IMG/VR virus record: IMGVR_UViG_3300032086_004057
Coordinates: 1 to 64,000 of that record
Strand: one strand, 5' to 3'
Length of the DNA stretch: 64,000 nucleotides
DNA from: a virus
Taxonomy: Duplodnaviria > Caudoviricetes
The notes below the pieces were generated by a model that did no database searches, had not been told where the DNA came from, and saw only the letters and a list, made by a program, of their open reading frames with translations. The translations under genes and the position numbers were made by a program. Of this stretch, positions 1 to 7,709 are shown piece by piece (position 1 is the first letter of the stretch; each line of letters starts with the position of its first letter).

Positions 1-162
1 AAATTCTTGATCTACTCTGTCGCATAAATCTTCAGCGAAGTCATCGCAAAGACTATCCGTTAAAACCGCAACATCTTTTGCCGATATGTGTCCGTGCGTG
101 TTAAAATAGTTGTAAATAGAGTCTTTCAAATCTTGCTTTAGGTCTGATATTTTGTATCCCAT
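1..162 (-). CDS. hypothetical protein, 3' end runs off the window
   Basis: Manual translation MGYKISDLKQDLKDSIYNYF..., open to the window edge and co-oriented with its neighbours. Confidence 0.5.
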   Translation of the reverse strand, partial: MGYKISDLKQDLKDSIYNYFNTHGHISAKDVAVLTDSLCDDFAEDLCDRVDQEF

Positions 163-165
163 AAT

Positions 166-330
166 TTAGTCCTCCATTGTATCGTTGTAATAATCTTTCA
201 TTTGATCCAACGCTATCTTCTCTTTGATTGTCAACCCATGTCCGTGGTCATCAACTCCTGCGTCAACGGCAGGGTGCGCGTTGGCTAACTCTAATACAAT
301 CTCAAGTGCTTCTTTGTTGCTCATAACCAT
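166..330 (-). CDS. small hypothetical protein (54 aa)
   Basis: Manual translation MVMSNKEALEIVLELANAHP...; tightly packed against the flanking ORFs; below the ORF-track cutoff. Confidence 0.5.
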   Translation of the reverse strand: MVMSNKEALEIVLELANAHPAVDAGVDDHGHGLTIKEKIALDQMKDYYNDTMED

Positions 331-509
331 TATTTCTCCTCCAAGTATTCTTCCATGTAGTTTTGCATCTCAGAATGAGCTTTGCTCATCTTCACCAACC
401 AAGGCGGAAGGTTTCCAGTATCGGAAGCTTTCCAATCGTACCTTTCATATAGTTCGCAAATGATGGTGTCCATTTTATCTTCGTAATACTTTAAATCTTC
501 GAGTGTCAT
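330..509 (-). CDS. small hypothetical protein (59 aa)
   Basis: Manual translation MTLEDLKYYEDKMDTIICELYERYDW...; the stop overlaps the next start (TAATG). Confidence 0.55.
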   Translation of the reverse strand: MTLEDLKYYEDKMDTIICELYERYDWKASDTGNLPPWLVKMSKAHSEMQNYMEEYLEEK

Positions 510-511
510 TT

Positions 512-748
512 TTATCCTCTTGTGTAGTCAATGATTTTGTTGTTTATTACCATGTTAAAAGTTAACTGAACATCAGTAGACCTTTCATCGTAATCTTTTT
601 GCCTTGTATCATGCAGGGCATCCTCAACGGAAGTATATGGGCCTTGTTCAACCATGCGACCATTGTCGCTTGTTATAAACCAACACTCGTCAGCGGGATG
701 AGTACCTGCTTGGATAATTCTTTTTTGAATTTCAAATCCGCTCGTCAT
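512..748 (-). CDS. hypothetical protein
   Basis: ORF track, 78 aa; a TTGAC-type promoter candidate lies upstream. Confidence 0.55.
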   Translation of the reverse strand: MTSGFEIQKRIIQAGTHPADECWFITSDNGRMVEQGPYTSVEDALHDTRQKDYDERSTDVQLTFNMVINNKIIDYTRG

Positions 749-786
749 AAAAATGATACTACGGACTTTTTTAAGTTAGGTCAAGA

Positions 787-814
787 GAAAAAAATACCCC
801 TATGAAAAAGGGGC
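787..814 (-). terminator. intrinsic terminator
   Basis: Minus strand GCCCCT-TTTTCAT-AGGGGT followed by a T-run. Confidence 0.65.
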
Positions 815-890
815 AAGATTTGTGACAGCCTAGTTGCTTATCTTCGGGATAACCTCCCTGAGTTTGCTCCTACAGAGCTTGCCTCGTTAT
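815..890 (-). ncRNA. candidate small structured RNA
   Basis: Lies between an AAGTGTA promoter motif (900-906) and the terminator; hairpins GCTC-TGTAG-GAGC and TTATC-CCGAA-GATAA; no ORF. Confidence 0.35.
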
Positions 891-916
891 ACTATTATTT
901 ACACTTAAAAAACAAG

Positions 917-1225
917 TTAATCAACAATATTTTCACGCTTATATTTGAACTTTAAGAAATCACAAATATCGTAAATATTATTATCTTTTTCGAGACTAAT
1001 TGCGATAGTTTTTAGCCCTTTTTTTAGGTATATTTCTAAGTCCTGAAGATCGACTTGCACTGCGCCCAATTTATATTCAATTAATATAAATAATTCGCCG
1101 TCATTTAATGTACCCTGCCACTGGTACTTGGACATTTTATATAAACCATCAAGCCTTTTATTTTTTAATGCATTGCAGCCTTTTTGTGAAATTACTTTAA
1201 AAGACATTATTTCATCCTTTGACAA
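917..1225 (-). CDS. hypothetical protein
   Basis: ORF track, 102 aa; overlaps the end of the sigma gene. Confidence 0.55.
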   Translation of the reverse strand: MSKDEIMSFKVISQKGCNALKNKRLDGLYKMSKYQWQGTLNDGELFILIEYKLGAVQVDLQDLEIYLKKGLKTIAISLEKDNNIYDICDFLKFKYKRENIVD

Positions 1226-2076
1226 ACCAAATCTTTAAGTTTAGCCATTGCAATTGTTTCGATCTGCCTAATTCTTTCTCTAGTTACACCGAATTTATCG
1301 CCAATGGATTCAAGAGTTTGACGTTTATCACAGTCTAAAGCTTGCCTTTTTGATATAATATATCTTTCGCGGGAAGATAGCTTGCTCAAGCATTCGTATA
1401 ATACTTTTGAATTGTTTTTATAAACATAAGCTTCATCGGGTGGTTGATTACTTTTGTCCTCTATGATATCCATCAATTCTTTTTCATCCCCTTCTGGGTC
1501 TGATATTAAAGAATTTAAAGATGGTATTTGTAGCGAGCTTTCGTTTAATAATTTTACTCTATCAACTGATACGCCAACTTTTTTAGATATTTCCTTGATA
1601 GATGGATAACAATCATATTTTTCTTTATACTGCTCTTTAAATTTTATTATATTTAATTTCTGTTGGATAGAACCCGTTGGAATTCTAATTGTTCTCCCTT
1701 GGTTTGATAAAGCCCTTCTAATTTTTTGCTTTATCCAGAAAGCTGCGTAAGTAGAAAATTTAGCTCCAACATTAGGTTTAAAGTTCTCAACGGCTTTCAC
1801 CAAGCCAAGGTTGCCCTCAGAAATTAAGTCTTGCAATTCTAAGCCAAGAGAATTGAAATCTTTAGCTATTTTTATTACTAATCTTAGGTTTGAATTAATT
1901 AAAGTTTCTTTTGCTTCTTTACCTTCTTTCCTTGCAATGGTGCTACAACGTTTCTTATTTTTAGACCATTTTAGCATCCGCTCAAACAGTTCGATCTCCT
2001 CTTTTCGTGACAATAAAGGATATTTAGAACTCTCTTCGTAATAAATATTTAAAAGGTAAGATTCTTCAGATGGCAT
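1207..2076 (-). CDS. sigma70-family RNA polymerase sigma factor (RpoD/RpoS-like, lacking region 1.1)
   Basis: Region 2 motifs NLRLVIKIAK, DLISEGNLGLVKAVE and KFSTYAAFWIKQ; RTIRIP; region 4 TLESIGDKFGVTRERIRQIE. Confidence 0.95.
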   Translation of the reverse strand: MPSEESYLLNIYYEESSKYPLLSRKEEIELFERMLKWSKNKKRCSTIARKEGKEAKETLINSNLRLVIKIAKDFNSLGLELQDLISEGNLGLVKAVENFKPNVGAKFSTYAAFWIKQKIRRALSNQGRTIRIPTGSIQQKLNIIKFKEQYKEKYDCYPSIKEISKKVGVSVDRVKLLNESSLQIPSLNSLISDPEGDEKELMDIIEDKSNQPPDEAYVYKNNSKVLYECLSKLSSRERYIISKRQALDCDKRQTLESIGDKFGVTRERIRQIETIAMAKLKDLVCQRMK

Positions 2077-2117
2077 AATTTTGTATACTAAATATTTGAC
2101 TTTTAGTCAATATAAAA

Positions 2118-2462
2118 TTATTTCTTAAATAAATTATCGGATAGCCCGAAAGTATCATCAGAATCATCAGAGTAATAGAGCTTGCAAACGTATTCATATT
2201 TAGAAGTAATAAGTTTTACGGGAAGCTCGTCTTCGAAAGGGAAGTTTTTGTATAAATGATCCACCATACAGTAGTGGCAAAAATTTTTATAAGACTTTGT
2301 TTTTGGTGCTTTAAATTTAAAATAAAGAAGTTTTTTACTATCAAATAATAGTTTATAATCTTTAGCCGAATAAGATAAATCACAAGCCGAGCATTTTATA
2401 GCTCTTTTTCGTGATTCTGAATCTATGAGGATTATTTCAAGCACTGCGTTTAAATATATCAT
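2118..2462 (-). CDS. hypothetical protein with two CxxC motifs
   Basis: CSAC and CHYC motifs; 114 aa. Confidence 0.55.
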   Translation of the reverse strand: MIYLNAVLEIILIDSESRKRAIKCSACDLSYSAKDYKLLFDSKKLLYFKFKAPKTKSYKNFCHYCMVDHLYKNFPFEDELPVKLITSKYEYVCKLYYSDDSDDTFGLSDNLFKK

Positions 2463-2549
2463 TAATAATGACGTAAACGCAAATTATTGCTAATAAATAT
2501 TTAATGCTTTTTAATTGAGATAATATTTCTGTTTCCATTTTAGAAATTA

Positions 2550-2742
2550 ATGGGTAGGAGAGACTCTCATATACCTCCATCGTTTCAGGGTTGTAGCTTG
2601 AGTTTTCAAGTCAAAACCTTACTTTGAGCCAACCCTCATCGACCCCCAGACTTGGTGAGTCCTGTCAATGAGCATTGCACGTTAACTGCCACAACAGCAG
2701 CTTAATTCCGTCATACCCTTTGCCGCTCCGTCGAGCAGCAAA
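2550..2742 (-). ncRNA. candidate multi-hairpin structured RNA
   Basis: About 190 nt, GC-richer than its flanks and ORF-free, with at least 6 hairpins readable by eye. Confidence 0.5.
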
Positions 2743-2769
2743 ATTATTTTAAAGAACAAATTATTACAA

Positions 2770-3105
2770 CTACACCACTTCCCACAATGTAGCGGGAGTT
2801 CTATGCGCTTTTGGATTTTTTACGCTACTAAATCCAATTGGGGTTATTAAATTATTTTTTCTTCCCCTTACAAAAATAGCCCCCCATGCCCTTTTACTTG
2901 GCGGCTCAGGAATTACCCCTTCAGCAGCAACCCTTACATCTTCAGCCAGAAATGTATTATTTGTTTTTGCGTACTGCAATAAGAAAGAATACGCACGTTC
3001 TCCCCAAGACTCGTTATTGTTTTCAGCGTTTTCAAGCGATTGCTTAATACCCAAATCTCTTAGCTTATTTCCTTGAAGCAAATTTAACTCTTCTTTTTTA
3101 TTCAT
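2770..3105 (-). CDS. phage hypothetical protein
   Basis: 111 aa; FLAEDVR...PPSKRAWGAIF motif resembles phage ORFans; 4-bp overlap with the next ORF. Confidence 0.6.
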   Translation of the reverse strand: MNKKEELNLLQGNKLRDLGIKQSLENAENNNESWGERAYSFLLQYAKTNNTFLAEDVRVAAEGVIPEPPSKRAWGAIFVRGRKNNLITPIGFSSVKNPKAHRTPATLWEVV

Positions 3106-3452
3106 AGTACGAAAATCTTTGAACCTTCTAAAAAGAGTCTTTCGCCAAAACTTCTCTTAACAGGCTCCTTAGTTTTAAAGTCAACAAAATGTGCTGCCTT
3201 TTCTTTACAGGAGGGTACTAATTCTACTCTCTGCTTCCACTTTGGCCTTGGGGACTTCTTTTGCTCCAAGCTATTAATCTCACTTAAATCTACCGCACCT
3301 TTAATCCAACCGCCCTTTTCAATGCGTTCGAGCGTCATACTAAAAGCGTGACTCTTTTTTAGTCTTTGCTTTTTATTTCTAGCGTACCCCTCTTTAAAGC
3401 CCTTTATTTGTATGGACTTTTTCTTGGGGATATATTTCGCTATTACGTTCAT
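3102..3452 (-). CDS. hypothetical basic protein
   Basis: ORF track, 116 aa; operon packing. Confidence 0.55.
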   Translation of the reverse strand: MNVIAKYIPKKKSIQIKGFKEGYARNKKQRLKKSHAFSMTLERIEKGGWIKGAVDLSEINSLEQKKSPRPKWKQRVELVPSCKEKAAHFVDFKTKEPVKRSFGERLFLEGSKIFVL

Positions 3453-3616
3453 TAATCTTTGCTAATTACTTTGTGTACATTCCAGAAACCTAAAATACTT
3501 GGAACCCACAGGCCAACATAAATACCCGCTTCTTTCGATCCGCCGAACCATAGTAATACACTGGCGGTTAAGCTTGCGATACTTGCTACGAGATATACAA
3601 CATCTAATTTTTTCAT
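3452..3616 (-). CDS. small membrane protein (54 aa)
   Basis: Manual translation MKKLDVVYLVASIASLTASVLLWFGGSKEAGIYVGLWVPSILGFW...; two hydrophobic segments. Confidence 0.55.
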   Translation of the reverse strand: MKKLDVVYLVASIASLTASVLLWFGGSKEAGIYVGLWVPSILGFWNVHKVISKD

Positions 3617-3618
3617 AA

Positions 3619-3858
3619 TTAATCTAAATCGTTTTTATATTCTGCAAAATGATTTTTAAGATAGTCAAGCTTATCTTCCGCGTCAGCGGCAAGCGCAACT
3701 TGTTTATCCATTTCTTCAATAATTTGCGGGTGTTCACCAATACCCGCTGGTCGATTGAAATAAACCTCCAAAATAGCTACCGCCTCTTGCTGTTGAGCAA
3801 GGTACTTTAGCTCTAGTGCCCTATATATTTCGCTCTTCATGTTTTCTATTGTATGCAT
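3619..3858 (-). CDS. conserved phage hypothetical protein
   Basis: GIGEHPQIIEEMDKQ motif of a small protein family common in T4-like marine phages. Confidence 0.7.
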   Translation of the reverse strand: MHTIENMKSEIYRALELKYLAQQQEAVAILEVYFNRPAGIGEHPQIIEEMDKQVALAADAEDKLDYLKNHFAEYKNDLD

Positions 3859-3878
3859 TTTTTAATTTAAGTCAACAC

Positions 3879-4520
3879 TTATTTCCAATTAAGTGCTTCA
3901 CTTATATTGGGAAACTTATCAACGAATATCTTTTTAATTTCTTCAGCTATTTCTCTATGCTCTTTTTGAGTGTCTTCGGCAGACCTAAGATCAATGTAGT
4001 GAACCCAACTTCTTAATGTTCCGTTCATATACATAGTGGTTTTAGTGTTTAAAGGTAAGACCCCTCTAGCAGTTTCTTTTGCGACTCCCATTCGTATAAG
4101 AGTTTCATATGCAGCTAAAGAACCTTCAAGAGAAGCTTCAGCGTATTCGTAAGCTTTGTGATCTTTATTCAGGGGGTCACTGCTACTTTGTCTATTTTTC
4201 TCCGCTGGGAACCTAAGTTCAATTGGCTCTAACCCAGTGGCTTTGCTGTATCTTTGGCTAAACTCTTGAAAACTAAAACTTCTATGTCTTAAAATTTGCG
4301 CTGCGATAGCTCTGCTGGTAGTTATTTCAACGCACATACTAGCGAGTTCAAAGGGGCTCCAGTGCTTATGTTTAATTAAATATTTAATTAATTTAGGCGC
4401 AGTTTCAGTGTTCATTTGATTGCTTGGATTTGAAACCCTAGCGCAATACGAAACAATATCTTCAGGGTCGTTTAACCCCTCAACCTCTGGTTTTGTTAGT
4501 GATATAAGTTTGACTCTCAT
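3879..4520 (-). CDS. thyX: FAD-dependent thymidylate synthase
   Basis: HWSPFE and the RHRSFSFQEFSQRY ThyX signature; the start is probably the second ATG (MRVKLIS). Confidence 0.97.
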   Translation of the reverse strand: MRVKLISLTKPEVEGLNDPEDIVSYCARVSNPSNQMNTETAPKLIKYLIKHKHWSPFELASMCVEITTSRAIAAQILRHRSFSFQEFSQRYSKATGLEPIELRFPAEKNRQSSSDPLNKDHKAYEYAEASLEGSLAAYETLIRMGVAKETARGVLPLNTKTTMYMNGTLRSWVHYIDLRSAEDTQKEHREIAEEIKKIFVDKFPNISEALNWK

Positions 4521-4672
4521 TAAATATCCCAATCGTCACACGCCATATCCATAATAACTTCAGCGGGTAAATCTGGATTTGTTTTTGCGTGATTTATGGC
4601 AGATAAAATTACTTCCGCTAAAAGATTATACTTTTGGGCTTCTTCTAAATAATGGTTTATTTCGCTGGTCAC
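4520..4672 (-). CDS. small hypothetical protein (about 50 aa, GTG start)
   Basis: Manual translation ...YNLLAEVILSAINHAKTNPDLPAEVIMDMACDDWDI; the stop overlaps the thyX start. Confidence 0.4.
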   Translation of the reverse strand: MTSEINHYLEEAQKYNLLAEVILSAINHAKTNPDLPAEVIMDMACDDWDI

Positions 4673-4747
4673 AATCGAAATTATAAATTAACTTTTATTT
4701 GAAGTCAATTATTTTTAAAAATTAAAAAAGTGTAAAATATAATAGCT

Positions 4748-5569
4748 ATGGATATTTTCTTTACTCATTTTTATGGCAGAATGTCTGACGTCATGGGCAT
4801 AATAAACTGCGGTGCCTATGCAGAAAATATCTCAGTAGACGAAGAGCAATACGCTTTAGAAAATGGTTGGACTAAACTTGAAAGTGCTAAGAATAAAGAT
4901 ATCTGGTACCAAAGCAGACAAACAAGAATAAAAGTATCGGAATTAAAATATAATAAAAAAATAAGAAAAATGACTAATCCTTGTAAGGATATAAAGTCAG
5001 AAGTTAAGATGCTTAAAGATTGCGACGTTGAAGAATTAAGAAAGGTTTATTGTGATTACATAAAATTGAAAAGCGATCAGTACAAAGAATCTGATGAAAT
5101 TTTTTCAGAATTTTATACTCATGACGAGTTTTTTAACGATTTACTGATAGACCCAGAATATAAAAGAGTTATAGAATACAGAGAAAATGGTGAGCTCCAC
5201 GCTTTCGTTTTTTGCAGGGTTTATGAAAAAGCTAATATAACAACTTCAATACAATTTTGTTGGGATTACCACAATCCAAAAACATTTCTAGGGAAATATA
5301 GCTGCGTAAAAGAAATAGAAATGTGCATAAACGAGGGTTTAGAGTATGTTTATTTAGGGGGCGGCTATGAAAATATGTGCATATACAAGTCAATGTACCA
5401 AGGGTTTGAGTGGTGGACTGGTAGCGAGTGGTCTAAAGACAAAGAAGCTTATAAAACTTTGTGCGCCAGTGACACAGATACAAAAACAATTTACGATTTA
5501 GGGCAACTAGAAGAAAGATACACAGGAGAATTTTTCTTTTCCCCAAATGAAATATCAAAAAGGGTATGA
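4748..5569 (+). CDS. arginyl/leucyl-tRNA-protein transferase-like (ATE1/Bpt family, GNAT-like fold)
   Basis: ALENGW and WYQSRQTRI at the N-terminus; QFCWDYHNPKTFLGKYSCVKEIEMCINEGLEYVYLG...YK matches the ATE_C pattern (YDP...SLG.Y..L.EI......YVYLG...YK). Confidence 0.7.
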   Translation: MDIFFTHFYGRMSDVMGIINCGAYAENISVDEEQYALENGWTKLESAKNKDIWYQSRQTRIKVSELKYNKKIRKMTNPCKDIKSEVKMLKDCDVEELRKVYCDYIKLKSDQYKESDEIFSEFYTHDEFFNDLLIDPEYKRVIEYRENGELHAFVFCRVYEKANITTSIQFCWDYHNPKTFLGKYSCVKEIEMCINEGLEYVYLGGGYENMCIYKSMYQGFEWWTGSEWSKDKEAYKTLCASDTDTKTIYDLGQLEERYTGEFFFSPNEISKRV

Positions 5570-6021
5570 TAGAAGATTATATAAAGTATATCAGTTTAAA
5601 AAGAAAAGAGCTTGGTGGTCACGCAATCTGCCCCTTTGCTAAAAGATTTTTAGATAAAACAGTAATAATAGAATCTAAAGACCTACAAGCAGACGCTATA
5701 AAATGTTTAGAATCTCAAAGCCGCCCAATGCTTTGGATGATATATGGTTGTCCGAATAAGTTTAATAAAAGATGGCTTGAGTCGTTTTGTGAAAAACATA
5801 AAGAAAAAGCTAAGTCAAAAGATTTATGGCTGATATGGGATCACCCTGATCAAGTAAACAAAATAGGAGACGTAGAAACAAATAATAAAGAGTACGGAAT
5901 ACTGTTGATACAACCTCTAACAGAACTAAACGAATACTCTGACAAATTAAAAAACACTAATTATTATGATTTTTGGCAAAAAGACTACTATAAATCGATA
6001 GTAGAAGATAGAAAAAAATAA
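5566..6021 (+). CDS. DUF1415-like protein
   Basis: GGHAICPFAK (CPFA motif) and a later DHP motif; 4-bp overlap with the ATE-like gene. Confidence 0.5.
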   Translation: MIEDYIKYISLKRKELGGHAICPFAKRFLDKTVIIESKDLQADAIKCLESQSRPMLWMIYGCPNKFNKRWLESFCEKHKEKAKSKDLWLIWDHPDQVNKIGDVETNNKEYGILLIQPLTELNEYSDKLKNTNYYDFWQKDYYKSIVEDRKK

Positions 6022-6043
6022 GTGTAAATACTGGAAACGATCA

Positions 6044-6769
6044 ATGAAAGAATTTGAAATAGATTTTACAGAGGAAATAAACGCTCAAGCTTCAGAGGGG
6101 GCAAACTCTTTAGATAAGTTAACCTATAAAAAAACTCCAGAAGTATTTTTAAAAGTCGCTGAAAAAGACTTTAAATACATGGATATAAATATAAAGCCTC
6201 TTTTAGAGCTTTACCCTCCCGCTAATTCTAGCCAACAAACCAAAAATGAACTTCTGCAAGTTAAAAATTTTATGGAGCGATCTCACTCCAAAGAGTTTAC
6301 TTCCAATCTTAAAAGTATGGATGATGAGCCAGCTATGTTTATAATAGATTACTATAAAAAAGCAAGCGGCAAAGAAGTTCCAAAAGTAATTTTAAATTTC
6401 ATAACAGGAGGAGATGTCGAAGTTTTAGCGATGAAACTTAAAATGCATTTTAATAGACCGCGACCTTTTCAAATAGCAGAATATTATAACGTTAATTTAA
6501 ATTACAATAAAACAATTCAACACGGTGCAGCAGATGCGCCGTCTTATCCAAGTGGTCATACTTTATCGGCTTATTTTGCAGCTAGAGTTTTAAGTTATTT
6601 GTATCCAAAATATGAAGATGAGCTATTGAAAAGAGCCATGATGGTTGCTGATTCTAGAATGGCAGAAGGCGTTCACTTTAAAAGCGACAGTATGTTTTCT
6701 TTTTATTTGGTTGACAGGGTTTTAATGCCAGCTTTCATAAAAGCATATGACAAAACAAGAAATAATTAA
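6044..6769 (+). CDS. PAP2/haloperoxidase-superfamily phosphatase
   Basis: KMHFNRPRP, PSYPSGH and SRMAEGVHFKSD are the three PAP2 catalytic motifs. Confidence 0.9.
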   Translation: MKEFEIDFTEEINAQASEGANSLDKLTYKKTPEVFLKVAEKDFKYMDINIKPLLELYPPANSSQQTKNELLQVKNFMERSHSKEFTSNLKSMDDEPAMFIIDYYKKASGKEVPKVILNFITGGDVEVLAMKLKMHFNRPRPFQIAEYYNVNLNYNKTIQHGAADAPSYPSGHTLSAYFAARVLSYLYPKYEDELLKRAMMVADSRMAEGVHFKSDSMFSFYLVDRVLMPAFIKAYDKTRNN

Positions 6770-7169
6770 CTCTTTATCTTTTACTTATTGTAGGATTAAA
6801 CCATCAAAAATACATGGCGTTGGAGTTTTTGCTATAGTAGATATAGATAAAGGTGTGAACTTATTCCCAGACTGCTCTTGCGACTTAAAAAAAATAAAAA
6901 AAATAAACAAAAAAGAAATTTCTAATCTAGCTCCTGACATTTTAAAAATGATGAGCGATTTCCTAATTGAAAGCAAAACTCATTATTTCACAACTACGTC
7001 TTTAAACAATATAAACATATCTTACTTCTTGAATCATTCAGACCAACCAAATTGCGAGTGGGTAGAAAAAGATGACTCCTTTCGGCCTTTGAAAAACATA
7101 AAAAACCAAGAAGAGCTAACTATAAACTACGAAAAATATCTTGAAAGCGACGTTATAAAAAATGTATAA
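6747..7169 (+). CDS. SET-domain methyltransferase
   Basis: PSKIHGVGVFA, NHSDQPNC and EELTINY SET motifs. Confidence 0.9.
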   Translation: MTKQEIINSLSFTYCRIKPSKIHGVGVFAIVDIDKGVNLFPDCSCDLKKIKKINKKEISNLAPDILKMMSDFLIESKTHYFTTTSLNNINISYFLNHSDQPNCEWVEKDDSFRPLKNIKNQEELTINYEKYLESDVIKNV

Positions 7170-7512
7170 AAATTTAGCACCAGATATTCAAAGGCAAAGA
7201 CTTGTCATAGAAGGAACTTTACATAATCCATTTAAAGCAGAAGAAATGGATCGATTTTGTAGGGAAATGACAAAAGTATTAAACATGACAGAAGTTACTG
7301 CCCCGTTCTGCAACTACGACCCAGATTACGGTTGGTGCGCTTATGTCCACTGGAAAGAGAGCGGTATGCATATCTACGCTTGGGACGACAGAACTCCTTG
7401 TTTCTTCTCTGTGGATATCTATACTTGCAGAGAGTTTCAGGTAGAAAGCGCGTTAAATTATGTAAAAGATTTTTTTAAAGAAAACTTAATTGAAGTTACT
7501 TGGAAAGATTAG
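7162..7512 (+). CDS. speD: S-adenosylmethionine decarboxylase proenzyme (class I, pyruvoyl)
   Basis: HWKE-SGMHIYAW (E-S autocleavage site) and SVDIYTC. Confidence 0.75.
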   Translation: MYKNLAPDIQRQRLVIEGTLHNPFKAEEMDRFCREMTKVLNMTEVTAPFCNYDPDYGWCAYVHWKESGMHIYAWDDRTPCFFSVDIYTCREFQVESALNYVKDFFKENLIEVTWKD

Positions 7513-7514
7513 TT

Positions 7515-7709
7515 TTACCAATGTCTTATCACATTTGCGATAATAAAGAAACAAGTTATCAAGTTCACTATTATAATCAGCGTTCTTATTAGAAGGCTAT
7601 ATCCTGCATCTTTATTTGTTAGTATTGGAATATCTGGTTTATCATCATCAGTCTTTCCAATTCTGTGATCTACAGTCCTAGCCCAAATTAGCCAAAGTCT
7701 TTTAAGCAT
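7515..7709 (-). CDS. small membrane protein
   Basis: 64 aa with a C-terminal hydrophobic helix. Confidence 0.6.
   Translation of the reverse strand: MLKRLWLIWARTVDHRIGKTDDDKPDIPILTNKDAGYSLLIRTLIIIVNLITCFFIIANVIRHW

Noticed and set aside
815-890. c-di-GMP-I riboswitch
   Set aside because: The resemblance is only partial (GGCAA, GCAAAC); the GNRA-capped P1 and receptor are missing
2575-2650. Hammerhead ribozyme (GATGA-stem-GAAAC)
   Set aside because: The core reads TCGATGA rather than CTGATGA, and I could not build stems I and III with a cleavage triplet
2550-2742. 6S RNA, suggested by size and proximity to a sigma gene
   Set aside because: It folds as several local hairpins rather than one long rod with a central bubble, so it is kept only as an unknown ncRNA
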